64,000 nucleotides of DNA from Octopus sinensis (GCF_006345805.1 NC_043004.1:76322001-76386000); one strand, 5' to 3'; counted from the stretch's first letter, positions 37,131 to 49,188 are shown. Program-made: numbers and translations. The notes: generated by a model not told the origin, from the letters alone.

Positions 37131-40100
37131 CGAGAGAACAATGAAGAAACAGATACGAAAAATACAACCTCCGAAATTGTCGAAAACCTTGGAAACTTAT
37201 GCGAAACAATTAGAACATTTTTCTCTAACAACGCTAACCAAGGACCTCCAAACGCGTCAAATATGGGATCAATACTCTAACAACATACCAAATGAAACAC
37301 CACATAATACCACAATGAACAAATCACTCAGAGTAGAAGTTCGCCTTTTGGAAGATGATCCAAAACAACAACAAAGCGGATATATACGAAAAATGGCTCA
37401 ACCGGACCCGTTAATCCTCCCACGTAAATTCCAGTTCAAAGCTATTACAGAAGAACCTGAAACTCAAAGACACCTCAGGGAGAGAATGGCACTGGAAAAA
37501 ATGAAAATGGAAATAGAACTTCTTAAATTGAGGGCCCAAACGAAGAGGATAAAATAAAATCCACCGATGAAGATATCAACGAGAAATTCGCAAAATGACC
37601 AAGGCCCAGATCAAGAGAAGTTCTCCAAACTATGGAAAGAGGACTGTGAAAAAGAAGAACTAAAATCTCTCCAACGCTGGGAGAAAAGCGCCACTTGGTT
37701 CTCAGACTATGAAGCCGTCTTTCAAACAGAGCACGCCTCCAACAACCCTTTCCAGAAAATAAGAAAACCAAAACAACACCCAACACCGATACACACCTGT
37801 CTAAAAATCGGAACCTTCACTACTATCAAAAAAAGAATACAGGACCTAACCCTAACTCTGTAAGCAGCCAGCGATACAATATCAGGAATACCGCCACTTC
37901 AAGCAGAGAAAGGATAAATCAACACCCACAGCATAGACACTGCAACCTCATCCCCACCCAAAGGAGTTACCAACGAAATCTTCGTCCCATTAACCGGTTA
38001 AACAACCATGCACAACAAACCCACACCACTTGCAATGATTACCAACGAAGGCCTCCTAGAACACCACCACCCGAATATGGGATATCGGGATGCTCTCCTC
38101 AATACTGCTCAAGAAACACACACCATAAATCACAACAGGAGACCCCTAATCAACAAAGAACAACTATATACTAGCTACCGTCCCAACCACCGCATTCATT
38201 TTTTAGACCCAATACGCAACACAGAGACACAAGATAGCACCAAACAAGCAGGAGGAACCAAAAGTAATAAAAATTATTAATCTAACTCACAAGGAACTAA
38301 CAGCAAACCAAATAAACATACTTTCCAAAGGACTCAAGTTTACACCCACCCCACAACACCCCAACTACAATGAAATGAAAGAAGACATCGCAGAATTCTG
38401 CAGAATTAAGACTTACTGAGGAGCTATACGATAAATACAACGAGGACGAATCGTTAGCCAGAAATAGGAGTAACTACACCCCCTCGAAAGGTAAGAATAA
38501 AACACTTGATGATTTCTGTGACCACATATCAAATTACCCATATCAACATATGCACAAACAAAAACACAAACCAAACTTCAGCAAAAAAGAATGGGCTGAG
38601 TTGAACAAATTAAAACTAGATAAAACAATAACAATCAAAGAGGCCGATAAAGGGAGTGCTGTTGTCTTAATGGATACGACATTTTACATAACTTTGGTAC
38701 TTTCTATGCTGGAAGACACACAATACTATGAAAAGGCACAAAACTACAGTCAACAAAAAATAATGAGGGAACTAAAATCCATATTAAACCCATACAAAGC
38801 AGGGCTCACCGACAAAGAATATGATTATATGACCAATTTCACAAGTAAAACTAGCCAATTCTACGGTATACCTAAGATCCACAAAAGTGAAAAAATAAGC
38901 AACGCATGCAAGATAGCTACAGACAAAATAATTAAAGTCCCTAACCTAATGACCTCAAATTGAGACCCATAATAGCAGGTCCCGCATGCGAAACCCACCG
39001 CCTCAGTAACTTTTTAGACACCCTGTTAAAACCACTCCTCAAACATGTCAAAAGCTATATAAGGGACGACTTAGATATGCTCAATCACCTACCGAATACT
39101 ATAAACAAAAACACCATACTGGTATCCTTCGATGTAGTCAAACTCTACTCCAATATCCCCCACAACCTAGGACTAGAGGCAATCCAATTCTGGCTAGAGA
39201 ATCACGCCAACGAACTATACCACACCGCATCAAAAAAGAATTTGTGATAGAAGGGGTCAAATTCATCCTGGAAAATAACTTCTTCGCCTTCAATGACAAC
39301 TTCTACCGACAAAAATCGGGGACTGCGATGGGTACACGAATGGCCCCCTCCTTTGCCAACCTAGTCATAGGATACCTAAAGATCAGTCTGTATCGTAAGG
39401 TTCTAGAAAGATATGGCAGCCCTTTCTCCATCTACATAGAAAACAACTGGAAGAGATATCTAGATGACTGTTTCATCCTTTGGCATAAAAATATAGAAAA
39501 CTCATAGAATTCCAGAAAATTTTAAACGGACTGGACGTAAACATCCAATTCACGATGGAATATAGCCAACAACAACTCCCCTTCCTCGATATCCTCATTA
39601 AGAAAGCTAATAATATAATAGAAACAGACATATACTATAAGCCTACAGACTCTAAGCAATATCTTCCATTCAATTCATGCCACCCCAGACACACCAGGAT
39701 GAATATCCCCTTCAATCTAGCAAAAAGGATATGCACTATAGTCTCAACGCAAACACCAGAGACACACGACTACAAGAACTAAAAGATACCCTAATCACCA
39801 GGAACTATCCACCTTCACTTATTGACAAGTGCATTCAACGTGCCCTTCAACTTAACATCAAGGAACTGAGACATCCCAAATCAAAGAAAAACTTACAACC
39901 AAAAGACTTACCATACATCTCCACACACAACCCTCTCAATAACGAAGCCTTCGACACCATCCTCCACAACATACCCCTCTAAAAAAAGACCACAGAATGA
40001 ACACAATCCTCCAAACACACACGATCATAAAAAGCAAAAGACAGCCTAGATCCATGAAAAGTCTCCTTACACAAGCCCGAATTCACTCCTCAACACAGAA

Positions 40101-41346
40101 GCCGACAGTAAAAAAATGTGGAAGACCCAATTGCGGGATATGCGACTATCTAATTGAGGGATCAGAGTTCTCCTTCAAGCAGGGACAACGGTTTACAGTG
40201 AAAAGCAACTTCACATGTGCTTCGGAGAACCTAATATACTCACTAACCTGCTCCGGGTGTCAAGAGCAGTACATAGGCCAACAAAAAATGGTTTGCGTAA
40301 ACGAATGGCCCTGCACAGATCCCAGATAAAATTCCCCAAAACAGAAAAATAGCTTTTAGCCAACACATAGATACTTGCGCAACAAAAAAACACCAAACTT
40401 CAGAATTTTCCCCCTCTACCAATTTAGGGACGATACAACCTCGAGACAACGAATAAGTAAAGAAGATCTCTTTATTACAAAATACAAGCCACTTCTAAAC
40501 GGGTCTACGACAAACAATTAATATACCTCAACTTTAGAATAAAAGAAAAAAATATATATACACACACAAATATTACACTCCATAGAATCCATTACTAATC
40601 AGCCCCTTCATAGCTATACTTACACCCATTCATATTCCCCCTTCTCTGTTTTTTCTTCTTCTTCTTCTTCCCCTTCTTCTTCATCATCATCATTATCATC
40701 ATCATCGTCGTCATCATCATCACCACTATCATCACCACCATCTTCTCCTTCTCCTCCTTCTTCTTCTTCTTCTTCTTCATCATCATTATCATCATCATCG
40801 TCGTCATAATCATCACCACCACCACCATCATCGTCATCTTCTCCTTCTCCTTCTTCTTCTTCTTCTTCTTCTTCTTCTTCTTCTTCTTCTTCTTCTACTC
40901 TCCACCCCTACCCCTTAACTTTGTCACTAATGTTTTTTAGTATAACACCTACGCTAATTCTATAAACAGCCTGTCAATATAAATATTCTCCTGAATTGAA
41001 CTGAGACTGCCAGCCGCCACTGACCATTCAAAATACGACCATCAGGGCACTCCCAGATTCTCCCATCCCCCCTCCCCACCAGCCTTCTTCCTCTACTACC
41101 CTTCCAAGAACTCACAACGACCTCCGACACACAAGTGCAAACAAGGGAGTCAGAGAAAGGCAGAATGCCACTTAAATCTGAACACTACTATAGAAATATT
41201 CTTTTAAAAAAACTTTTCTTCTAATTTTTCTAAATTTAATTATTTAATCGTTACAGTTGAAAAGGTCTCAAAATGACCGAAACCGGTACTGAAATGTTCA
41301 CTATAAAATTATTTTAGCATTTTTATTTTTGACTTGTTTTTTCATA
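37131..41346 (+). mobile_element. Neptune-like Penelope element, near full length, ORF (~37141-40521) broken by indels
   Basis: IKEADKGSAVVLM, FYGIPKIHK, RPIIAG, VSFDVVKLYSNIP, GTAMGTRMAPSFANL, WKRYLDDCF, LPFLDI, SCHPRH, KCGRPNCGIC linker, NLIYSLTCSGCQEQYIG (GIY-YIG). Confidence 0.93.
41254..41291 (+). ncRNA. Minimal HHR, U3:A8 core variant, in the PLE 3' end
   Basis: cag-TTGAAAA-ggtc(tcaaaat)gacc-GAAA-ccgg-TA-ctg; GUA triplet. Confidence 0.7.
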
Positions 41347-41376
41347 TATATCAACTCGTGTGTTCCTTTCACCCTT

Positions 41377-41418
<42 letters not shown>

Positions 41419-41443
41419 TATATAATATATATATATATTATAC

Positions 41444-41541
<98 letters not shown>

Positions 41542-41706
41542 TAGTTATCGCCATACTAATATGGCATTCTTATAAAAATAAGAAAAAAGCTGACCGCTTA
41601 TTAGCTCCATGAGGCCATCGCCTTAAGTTAGCTATTTGATACACAAACTGTATCCATATAACCTTTGAACAAGGGAGGTCAGTCGCTCCACACTACTTGG
41701 CCGGCA

Positions 41707-41748
41707 GCTACAGACGCGTTTCGGGGTATTGCCCTTTTTCAATGCAGC
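41707..41748 (-). ncRNA. Minimal HHR, U3:A8 variant
   Basis: gctgca-TTGAAAA-aggg(caata)cccc-GAAA-cgcg-TC-tgtagc. Confidence 0.65.
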
Positions 41749-42067
41749 GTAGCCAAACCAGTAGGTGTCGCTTCCGACAATCTCTGTTCAAAGGTTTTAT
41801 TTACCTAGCTTCGGTGGAATACATCCACTTGTTTTCAATAATAGAAATATTAAAATTACTAAGTCTCTCTAAAAGAGAACAACGGCAGCGTTCCCGGAAA
41901 ATATTAGTTATCGCCATACTAATATGGCAGTCTTATAAAAATAAGAAAAAAGCTGACCGCTTATTATCCATGAGGCCATCGCCTTAAGTTAGCTATTTGA
42001 TACACAAACTGTATCCATATAACCTTTGAACAAGGGAGGTCAGTCGCTCCACACTACTTGGCCGGCA

Positions 42068-42109
42068 GCTACAGACGCGTTTCGGGGTATTGCCCCTTTT
42101 CAATGCAGC
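42068..42109 (-). ncRNA. Minimal HHR, U3:A8 variant
   Basis: gctgca-TTGAAAA-gggg(caata)cccc-GAAA-cgcg-TC-tgtagc; GUC triplet. Confidence 0.7.
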
Positions 42110-42366
42110 GTAGCCAAACCAGTAGGTGTCGCTTCCGACAATCTCTGTTCAAAGGTTTTATTTACCTAGCTTCGGTGGAATACATCCACTTGTTTTCAAT
42201 AATAGAAATATTAAAATTACTAAGTCTCTCTAAAAGAGAACAACGGCAGCGTTCCCGGAAAATATTAGTTATCGCCATACTAATATGGCATTCTTATAAA
42301 AATAAGAAAAAAGCTGACCGCTTATTAGCTCCATGAGGCCATCGCCTTAAGTTAGCTATTTGATAC

Positions 42367-42408
42367 GCTGCATTGAAAAGGGGCAATACCCCGAAACGCG
42401 TCTGTAGC
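42367..42408 (+). ncRNA. Minimal HHR, U3:A8 variant (inverted copy)
   Basis: Same sequence on the plus strand, at the start of the inversion. Confidence 0.7.
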
Positions 42409-42637
42409 TGCCGGCCAAGTAGTGTGGAGCGACTGACCTCCCTTGTTCAAAGGTTATATGGATACAGTTTGTGTATCAAATAGCTAACTTAAGGCGATGG
42501 CCTCATGGAGCTAATAAGCGGTCAGCTTTTATCTTATTTTTATAAGAATGCCATATTAGTATGGCGATAACTAATATTTTCCGGGAACGCTGCCGTTGTT
42601 CTCTTTTAGAGAGACTTAGTAATTTTAATATTTCTAT

Positions 42638-42687
<50 letters not shown>

Positions 42688-42700
42688 ATATGTATATATA

Positions 42701-43290
42701 GCAATTAAGGACAACTACTTAATAAGGAAAACTTAACAGAAATTGTCAGGTAGATAGCGTAAAAACCTCATAAGAGAAAAAATTTCGAAAATAATTATTT
42801 CTTATTGAACATATTAATTTATATATAGAGGGCATTATACATACATGCCAGAAGGCATTATACATACATGCCAAACGCTAAGAGGGACAATCAGTCATTT
42901 CTACCAAAAATATTACTAATCCCACCGAATGCAATTTTTCAAAGTAAGACATTTAAAAATATAGACCTGTATCACAGTGATTTCATACTTACGTAATCAT
43001 CAGCAGGCCTGAATGTATTATAAATAAACAACGACCCTGCCCCGCTTAAGCCGATCAGCTAACTGATCAACATCAACGAAGCACATGGGTGAGTTTACAT
43101 ATATTACATCCGGATAAATGGCAAACTTTTACGAACTGCATTTCGGGAGAGGAAAAGTTTTTTCGGAATAAAAATTTAGCAATTAAGGACAACTACTTAA
43201 TAGAAATGACTGATTGTCCCTCTTAGCGTTTGGCATGTATGTATAATGCCTTCTGGCATGTATGTATAATGCCCTCTATATATAAATTTA
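42701..43290 (-). mobile_element. PLE-type pLTR monomer (478 bp plus 24-nt terminal redundancy) with a ~90-bp inversion
   Basis: gcaattaaggacaactacttaata at 42701 and 43179; 43201-43290 complements ~42817-42903. Confidence 0.7.
42965..43008 (-). ncRNA. Minimal type I HHR
   Basis: gcctg-CTGATGA-ttac(gtaa)gtat-GAAA-tcac(t)gtga-TA-caggt; AUA triplet. Confidence 0.75.
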
Positions 43291-43494
43291 TATGTATATA
43301 TATATATGTGTATATATATATATATATGTCATATATGTATATATATATATATATATATGTATGTATACTTTGATACTTTGATACTTTGATAGGTTTCGGC
43401 CATTATTGGCCCAGGCCATGTCTAACTTAATAGCACCACCTGGTGAAGTCTTTCAAGTCAGAATTTGGGCACTATGGCCCACTCAAGTAGAGAG

Positions 43495-46460
43495 TTATTG
43501 TTTATCCGGGATTTCTTGAAGGAATCTGTCCAAAGACTTCTTGAACCCTATAGGGTCAGTTTCTGTTTTAATGTGTTTTGGTGTAATGTTAAAGAGAGCG
43601 GGGCCAATTGAGGTGAAATAATTGTGCCGTATTGTTGTTATGAGATGAGAGTGCGATTTTTGTTTTGGGCGGATGGCACGGGGCCCAAGCCTTGGATGTA
43701 CCTTAAAGGTGATGCCAACATCATTTGGGCAATGCTGATGGAATATTTTCCACATCATGCAGATGATGTAGCGCTCACGACGACGTTGGAGAGAATAAAG
43801 TTTTAGCTTTTCTAGTCGCCCCCAATAGTCGAGGCCTGTCATGCCATCTATCTTTTTTGTGATTGCCCTTTGAGGTGCTTCAACTTTTATGATACATTGT
43901 ATTGTGTGGGGAGACCACAGTGGACAACAGTATTCAAGGTGGGGTCGGGCAAAAGTGGAGAAGAGAAGGATAATGGTGTGGATATCTCTCGACTGGAAAG
44001 TTCTGAGAATCCAGGAACACATTCTGCGGGCCATGTCAACTTTGGTGTTTATATGAGTGGCCCAGCTTATGTTGTTGTCCACAATTACTCCCAAGTCTCT
44101 GATGTTGTTGGACGCCGCGAGAGTTTCACCTGAAGGAAGGGAGTATGGGAGTTTCAGGGCATCCTCTTTTCCAAAGTGGATTAACTCAAATTTATCCTCG
44201 TTCAGCAGCATATTGTTTTTTTCTGCCCATTGGATAACAGCCAGTAGATCTGACTGAAGGCATGTCCGGTCACTCGCCTCATTTATGACCTTCTGTAGCT
44301 TGGAATCATCTGCAAAGATTTTTATGTTGCTGTGCTTGATGATGTCATTAATGTCATTAATGTAAATGATGAAAAGAAGTGGGCCCAGCACAGTGCCTTG
44401 CGGAACGCCACTACTGACTTTGGCTGGGCTTGATTTTACCCCTTCAACTACAACATGTTGAGATCTGTCTGCCAGGAAACACTTGATCCATTTCAGTAAC
44501 TTTCCAGAGACACCAATGTTGGATAGTTTTTTCAATAGTTGTGATCGACCCTGTCGAAGGCCTTACTGAAATCAAGGTAGATGACATCGGTGTTGGAGCC
44601 CTCTCCCAAAGCTCTCAAAATGTCATCAAAGTGATGCAGGAGCTGCGTTAGGCAGTCCCTTCCATTACGGAACCCATGTTGGTTGGAGATCAGCCGTCTG
44701 TTGCTTTCCAGAAATTGGGTTATTGGAGATCTCACCACCCTCTCAAATACCTTGATGATATGAGAGGTGAGTGAGATCGGACGGTAGTTCACTGCAAGGG
44801 ACTTGTTTCCCTTTTTGAAAACTGGGACAACAGACTGGGACAGAAGGTTTTTTGGAATATAGCCAGCATCCAGTGGGTTTCTCCACAGATTGGCAAGGGG
44901 AGATGCAAGTTGGTGTCGACACACCTTCAGGACACAAGCAGGGAACCTATCGGGGCCTACTGCTGAATTGTGTTTTATTTCGTTTATCGCCGCTAAGACA
45001 TCAGGGGCACTAAACGTTATGTCCGATATAGTGTGTTGGGGGTTGACATCACTGATACAGCCCAGATCGGCCATATCAGGATTGCTGAAAACAGAGCAGT
45101 ATTGTTTCTGCAGTATCTCGGCCATGGATTTGGCATTATCTTGGAGAGTGCCAGTTTCGTCCATTAGAGGGCCAACAATGGAGACAGTGACCCTGCGTTT
45201 CCTCGCAAATGAAAAGAACACTTTGGGGTTGAGTTTGATTTTTTCAATGGCCCACTTCTCCTCAGCTGATCTTTGGTTATTGATGAGAGTCTTCATGCAT
45301 TGTTGGAGGTTATATTTTTTGGATTCAAGCAGTGCGATAGCCGTCGAATGTGTGTGTTGCTGTTGGCAGTACTTTAGTTTGTTAATTTTTTTGTTTGTTC
45401 TTTTTATTTTTCTGATAATGTTTTTTCTGTTTTGGGGGATTCTGCACTTTTTGTTCACAGTTCTTGGTGGGGAGTGTTTTGCACATATGTCTGTGACGGT
45501 GTCTACAAAGATCTGCCAAGATGTTTTATGGTTGGTGGAGATGTGTGTATGTGTAAAGGACCAGTCAACATGTGATAGCTCGTTCCTGATTGCATCCCAG
45601 TTGGCATTATGGAGATCCATGTTGGCAAATGGGTGGGCTGGAGGGAGGTCACTAGGATTAGCTTTCGGCTGGTGGAATTTCATGTTACAGAGAACCATGT
45701 CATTGTCTGAAAGAAGGGTTTTTTCCACTGTAACGTTATGTATAGTGTTAGTGTGGTTACTAAACACTAGGTCCAAAATGTTCTGATGTCTTGTTGGTGC
45801 AAGGACAAGTTGGGACAAGAAAAACTCATTCGTAAAGTCGAAAAGTGACTCTGCTGCTTCTTTGTCAGCGGTTGAGGCGGGAGTGCTTGGTTTCAAACAG
45901 TTTGTAGTCCAGTCAACACAGGGTAGATTGAAGTCTCCCATCATGAGTAGGTTGCTAGGATGGCACTGTTGAATAAAGCACTTAATGCTGTTGAGGCATT
46001 CTTTAAAGCACAGTATGGGTGTTTGGGGCGGCCTATAGAGCCCAATTACTGTCAGGTCATTGGCTTTGTTGTGCACGGTGACTGATTCACAGTAGCCGTT
46101 GGAGAATATACTATTTCCATCTGCCGTAAATGAATCATGCAGGAAAATGGCAGTTCCACCCTTCCTCCTGCCGATACGATCCGCGCGGATGGTTGTGAAA
46201 TTCTTCACTCTCACCTCGGCTTCCAAGTGGGAGTTGTCAAGGTGGGTCTCAGTGAGAATGAAGAAAGGGATGTGGTGTGAATGGTTACCAACCCAGTCTT
46301 CAATGAATTGGACCTTCCATTTTTGTGCATTGATGGAAGGGCTGACACCTTGTGCATTGAGTAGAAATGTGGAGGTTAGTGTAGTGGCTGGTCTTGACTG
46401 TTGCAGAGGGCTTGGATTTTTTGTGTGTGTTAGTGGCAGCAATGTGGGGAATTGGTGCAC
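43495..46460 (-). pseudogene. LINE ORF2 (AP endonuclease plus RT), one frameshift at ~44535
   Basis: ILTETHL, IGLYRPP, MGDFNLP, NILDLVFSN, YRPISLTS, QHGF, DFSKAFD, SGVPQGTVLGPLLF, IFADD, LQRRRERY. Confidence 0.93.
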
Positions 46461-47130
46461 TGGGGTAATAGCATAGGATGGTGTTGAGTGATGGCTAGAA
46501 TGTTTTTGTGTATCTCTTTTGTCATGTTCAACATGGCTAAAAAAGAATTTTCCTGCTTAGGGAGCAGTTTTTGGCTGGAGGTGTGGTTGCACTGTTGGAT
46601 AGGGTTGTAGTTTCCACTTTTGTTGTTGTTGTTTTTGTGTCTTCCTGAAAAGACTGGACCAGCATTACTGCAGCATGGTGTGTTTCTATTTTTATTTTTA
46701 TTCAGGTTTGTGTGTTGGCTTGAAGCCCCGTTTCTGTTTGTGCGTCGGGTCCCTGGAAGATGAGTGAAGGGACAGTCACTCAGCAGACATGTTCTCTCAC
46801 GTTGGGAATACCGGCAGATTTTGGGACTCCGAGTTGTGTGTGTTTTGAATTTCGATTTACTATTTGGTGGTGTTGATGTTATTGTGGGATGCGTGCTTTG
46901 GCCTTGGCCGGTAGTGCGTCTAGTGCCGGGTAGATGCGTGAAGATGCAGTCACTATTTGTGCAGAGTCTCTGGCGCAGTGAATAGCGACATATTTTGGGG
47001 TTTCTTGTTTGTGACGTGGGGGGCGCATTCTGCTTCCTATGTTTCTTTAAGTTTTTGTTACTGCAGTAGTATTGAGGTGGTGATGTGGGGGAAGAGGGCA
47101 GTGGTTTCTTATTTGGTTTTTTGTTGGTAT
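46430..47130 (-). CDS. LINE ORF1 C-terminal remnant with two CCCH-type zinc fingers (no start codon)
   Basis: Manual translation is open to TAA at 46432-46430; CRYSLRQRLCTNSDCIFTH and CRYSQRERTCLLSDCPFTH. Confidence 0.7.
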
Positions 47131-47173
47131 TTTTGGTGATAGAAGACGATGGTGGCAGCGGTGGTGATGATGA

Positions 47174-47339
47174 TGATGATAATTGTGGTGGTTGCCGTGA
47201 GAGCGGTTGATGATAATTGTGGTGGTTGCCGTGAGAGCGGTGATGATAATTGTGGTGGTTGCCGTGAGAGCGGTGATGATAATTGTGGTGGTTGCCGTGA
47301 GAGCGGTGATGATATTGTGGTGGTTGCCGTGAGAGCGGT
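47174..47339. repeat. 33-bp minisatellite, ~5 copies
   Basis: gataattgtggtggttgccgtgagagcggtgat repeated. Confidence 0.9.
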
Positions 47340-47367
47340 ATATATATATATATGTATATATATATAT

Positions 47368-47482
<115 letters not shown>

Positions 47483-47508
47483 CATATATATATATTATAT
47501 ATATATAC

Positions 47509-47543
<35 letters not shown>

Positions 47544-47647
47544 TATATTATAAAAAAGGTAAATTTTAATAAAAATTTCCATACACCCATTTTTATTGAA
47601 ATTTACCTCCAATTTAGTATTCTGCCTTTTTATAATTTTTCATCTCC

Positions 47648-47681
<34 letters not shown>

Positions 47682-47686
47682 ATATT

Positions 47687-47916
47687 CTCTTTTACTCTTT
47701 TACTCTTTTACTGTTTCAGTCATTTTGACTGCGGCCATGCTGGAGCACCGCCTTTAATCAAGCAATTCGTCACCGGGACTTATTCTTTTGTAAGCCCAGT
47801 ACTTATTCTATCGGTCTCTTTTGCCGAACCGCTAAGTAACGGGGACATAAACACACCAGCATCGGTTGTCAAGCAATGCTAGGGGGACAAACATAGACAC
47901 ACAAACACACACACGC

Positions 47917-47969
<53 letters not shown>

Positions 47970-48135
47970 TACGACGGGCTTCTTTCAGTTTCCGTCTACC
48001 AAATTCACTCAAAAGGCATTGGTCGGCCCGGGGCTATAGTAGAAGACACTTGTCCAAGGTGCCACGCATTGGGACTGAACCCGGAACCATGTGGTTGGTA
48101 AACAAGCTATTTACCACACAGCCACTCCTGCGCCT
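47687..48135 (-). mobile_element. SINE-A, full length
   Basis: Family pattern on the minus strand. Confidence 0.92.
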
Positions 48136-48163
48136 ATATATATATATATATATACAGTATATG

Positions 48164-48245
<82 letters not shown>

Positions 48246-48579
48246 ATATATAATTAATATAAACAGCAATTTGTAATGCTACACCAAAAAGGAGAATTTC
48301 AAGTGTCACTAAATGAGACTAGGGTGTTAGGAAAAATACCTACATTGCTAGAAATAAGAGCTAAACCACTCTAACTCTGTAGTTTTATCACATGAATGAA
48401 AACATATACGCTAGCAGGGAGACCATAATCGTCCGAAAAGTGCCGATCAAGAATTCTTATTACTGATGCATCAGTTTCGGTAATATCCGTTGCCTCATCT
48501 TCTGCAGCAACGGAATTTTCATTCGTATGCGTTAACACCCTAGTCGCATTTAGTGATTAGAGCGACCTCCAGTGGCCAA

Positions 48580-49107
48580 CTGGTGTTTGTTTTATTGACC
48601 GAGAAAGGACGAAAGGCAAAGTCAGCCTACTTGGAATTTGAACTCAGATCGTTTAACTGGAAGAGATGGTGTAAACCATTATTTTGTTCGGCGTGATAAG
48701 TTTCTTATTTCTTTATTGCCCACAAGGGGCTAAACACAGAGGAGACAAACAAGGACAGAAAAACGGATTAAGTTGATTACATCGACCTCAGTGCATAACT
48801 GGTACTTATTTAATCGATTACGAAAGGATGAAAGGCAAAGTCGACCTCGGCGGAATTTGAACTCAGAACGTAACGGCAGACGAAATACCTATTTCTTTAC
48901 TACCCACAAGGGGCTAAACACAGAGAGGACAGACAAACGGATTAAGTTGATTACATCGACCTCAGTGCGTAACTGGTAGTTATTTAATCGACCCCGAAAG
49001 GATGAAAGGCAAAGTCGACCTCGGCGGAAATTGAACTCAGAACGTAACGGCAGACGAAATACGGCTACGCATTTCGCCCGGCGTGCTAACGATTCCGCCA
49101 GCTCGCT
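48580..49107 (-). mobile_element. SINE-B multimer (diverged unit plus two intact units)
   Basis: Repeated core and tail. Confidence 0.88.
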
Positions 49108-49149
49108 GTTCTCTATAAAATAATCACCTTGATTTCATATTTACAGTCA

Positions 49150-49188
49150 AACACACACACACACACATCTATACGTAAAAAGTACGTA

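Larger units (their letters stand above)
41535..42640. repeat. 2.3 direct units of 361-363 bp plus an inverted partial unit (42365-42640), HHR-bearing, within (TA)n
   Basis: aaaatattagttatcgcc recurs at 41535, 41898 and 42259; inverted arm complements ~41838-42111. Confidence 0.92.
43366..47135 (-). mobile_element. CR1-group LINE, 5'-truncated within ORF1
   Basis: ORF1 remnant, APE-RT ORF2, 3' hairpin, (TATCAAAG)x3 tail. Confidence 0.93.

Noticed and set aside
37141-40521. Selenocysteine or stop-readthrough recoding of the PLE ORF
   Set aside because: The breaks I examined are frame changes from indels, not in-frame TGA codons at conserved positions.
41697-42336. Repeated 92-96 aa plus-strand ORFs
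   Set aside because: No recognisable domain; they are antisense to the HHR and arise from the tandem repeat.
44890-45786. 298-aa plus-strand ORF
   Set aside because: Antisense shadow of LINE ORF2.
48445-48530. GAAA-ctgatgcatcag-TA on the minus strand (HHR 3' half)
   Set aside because: The 5' core and stem I are missing; at most a dead relic related to the 8143 family.
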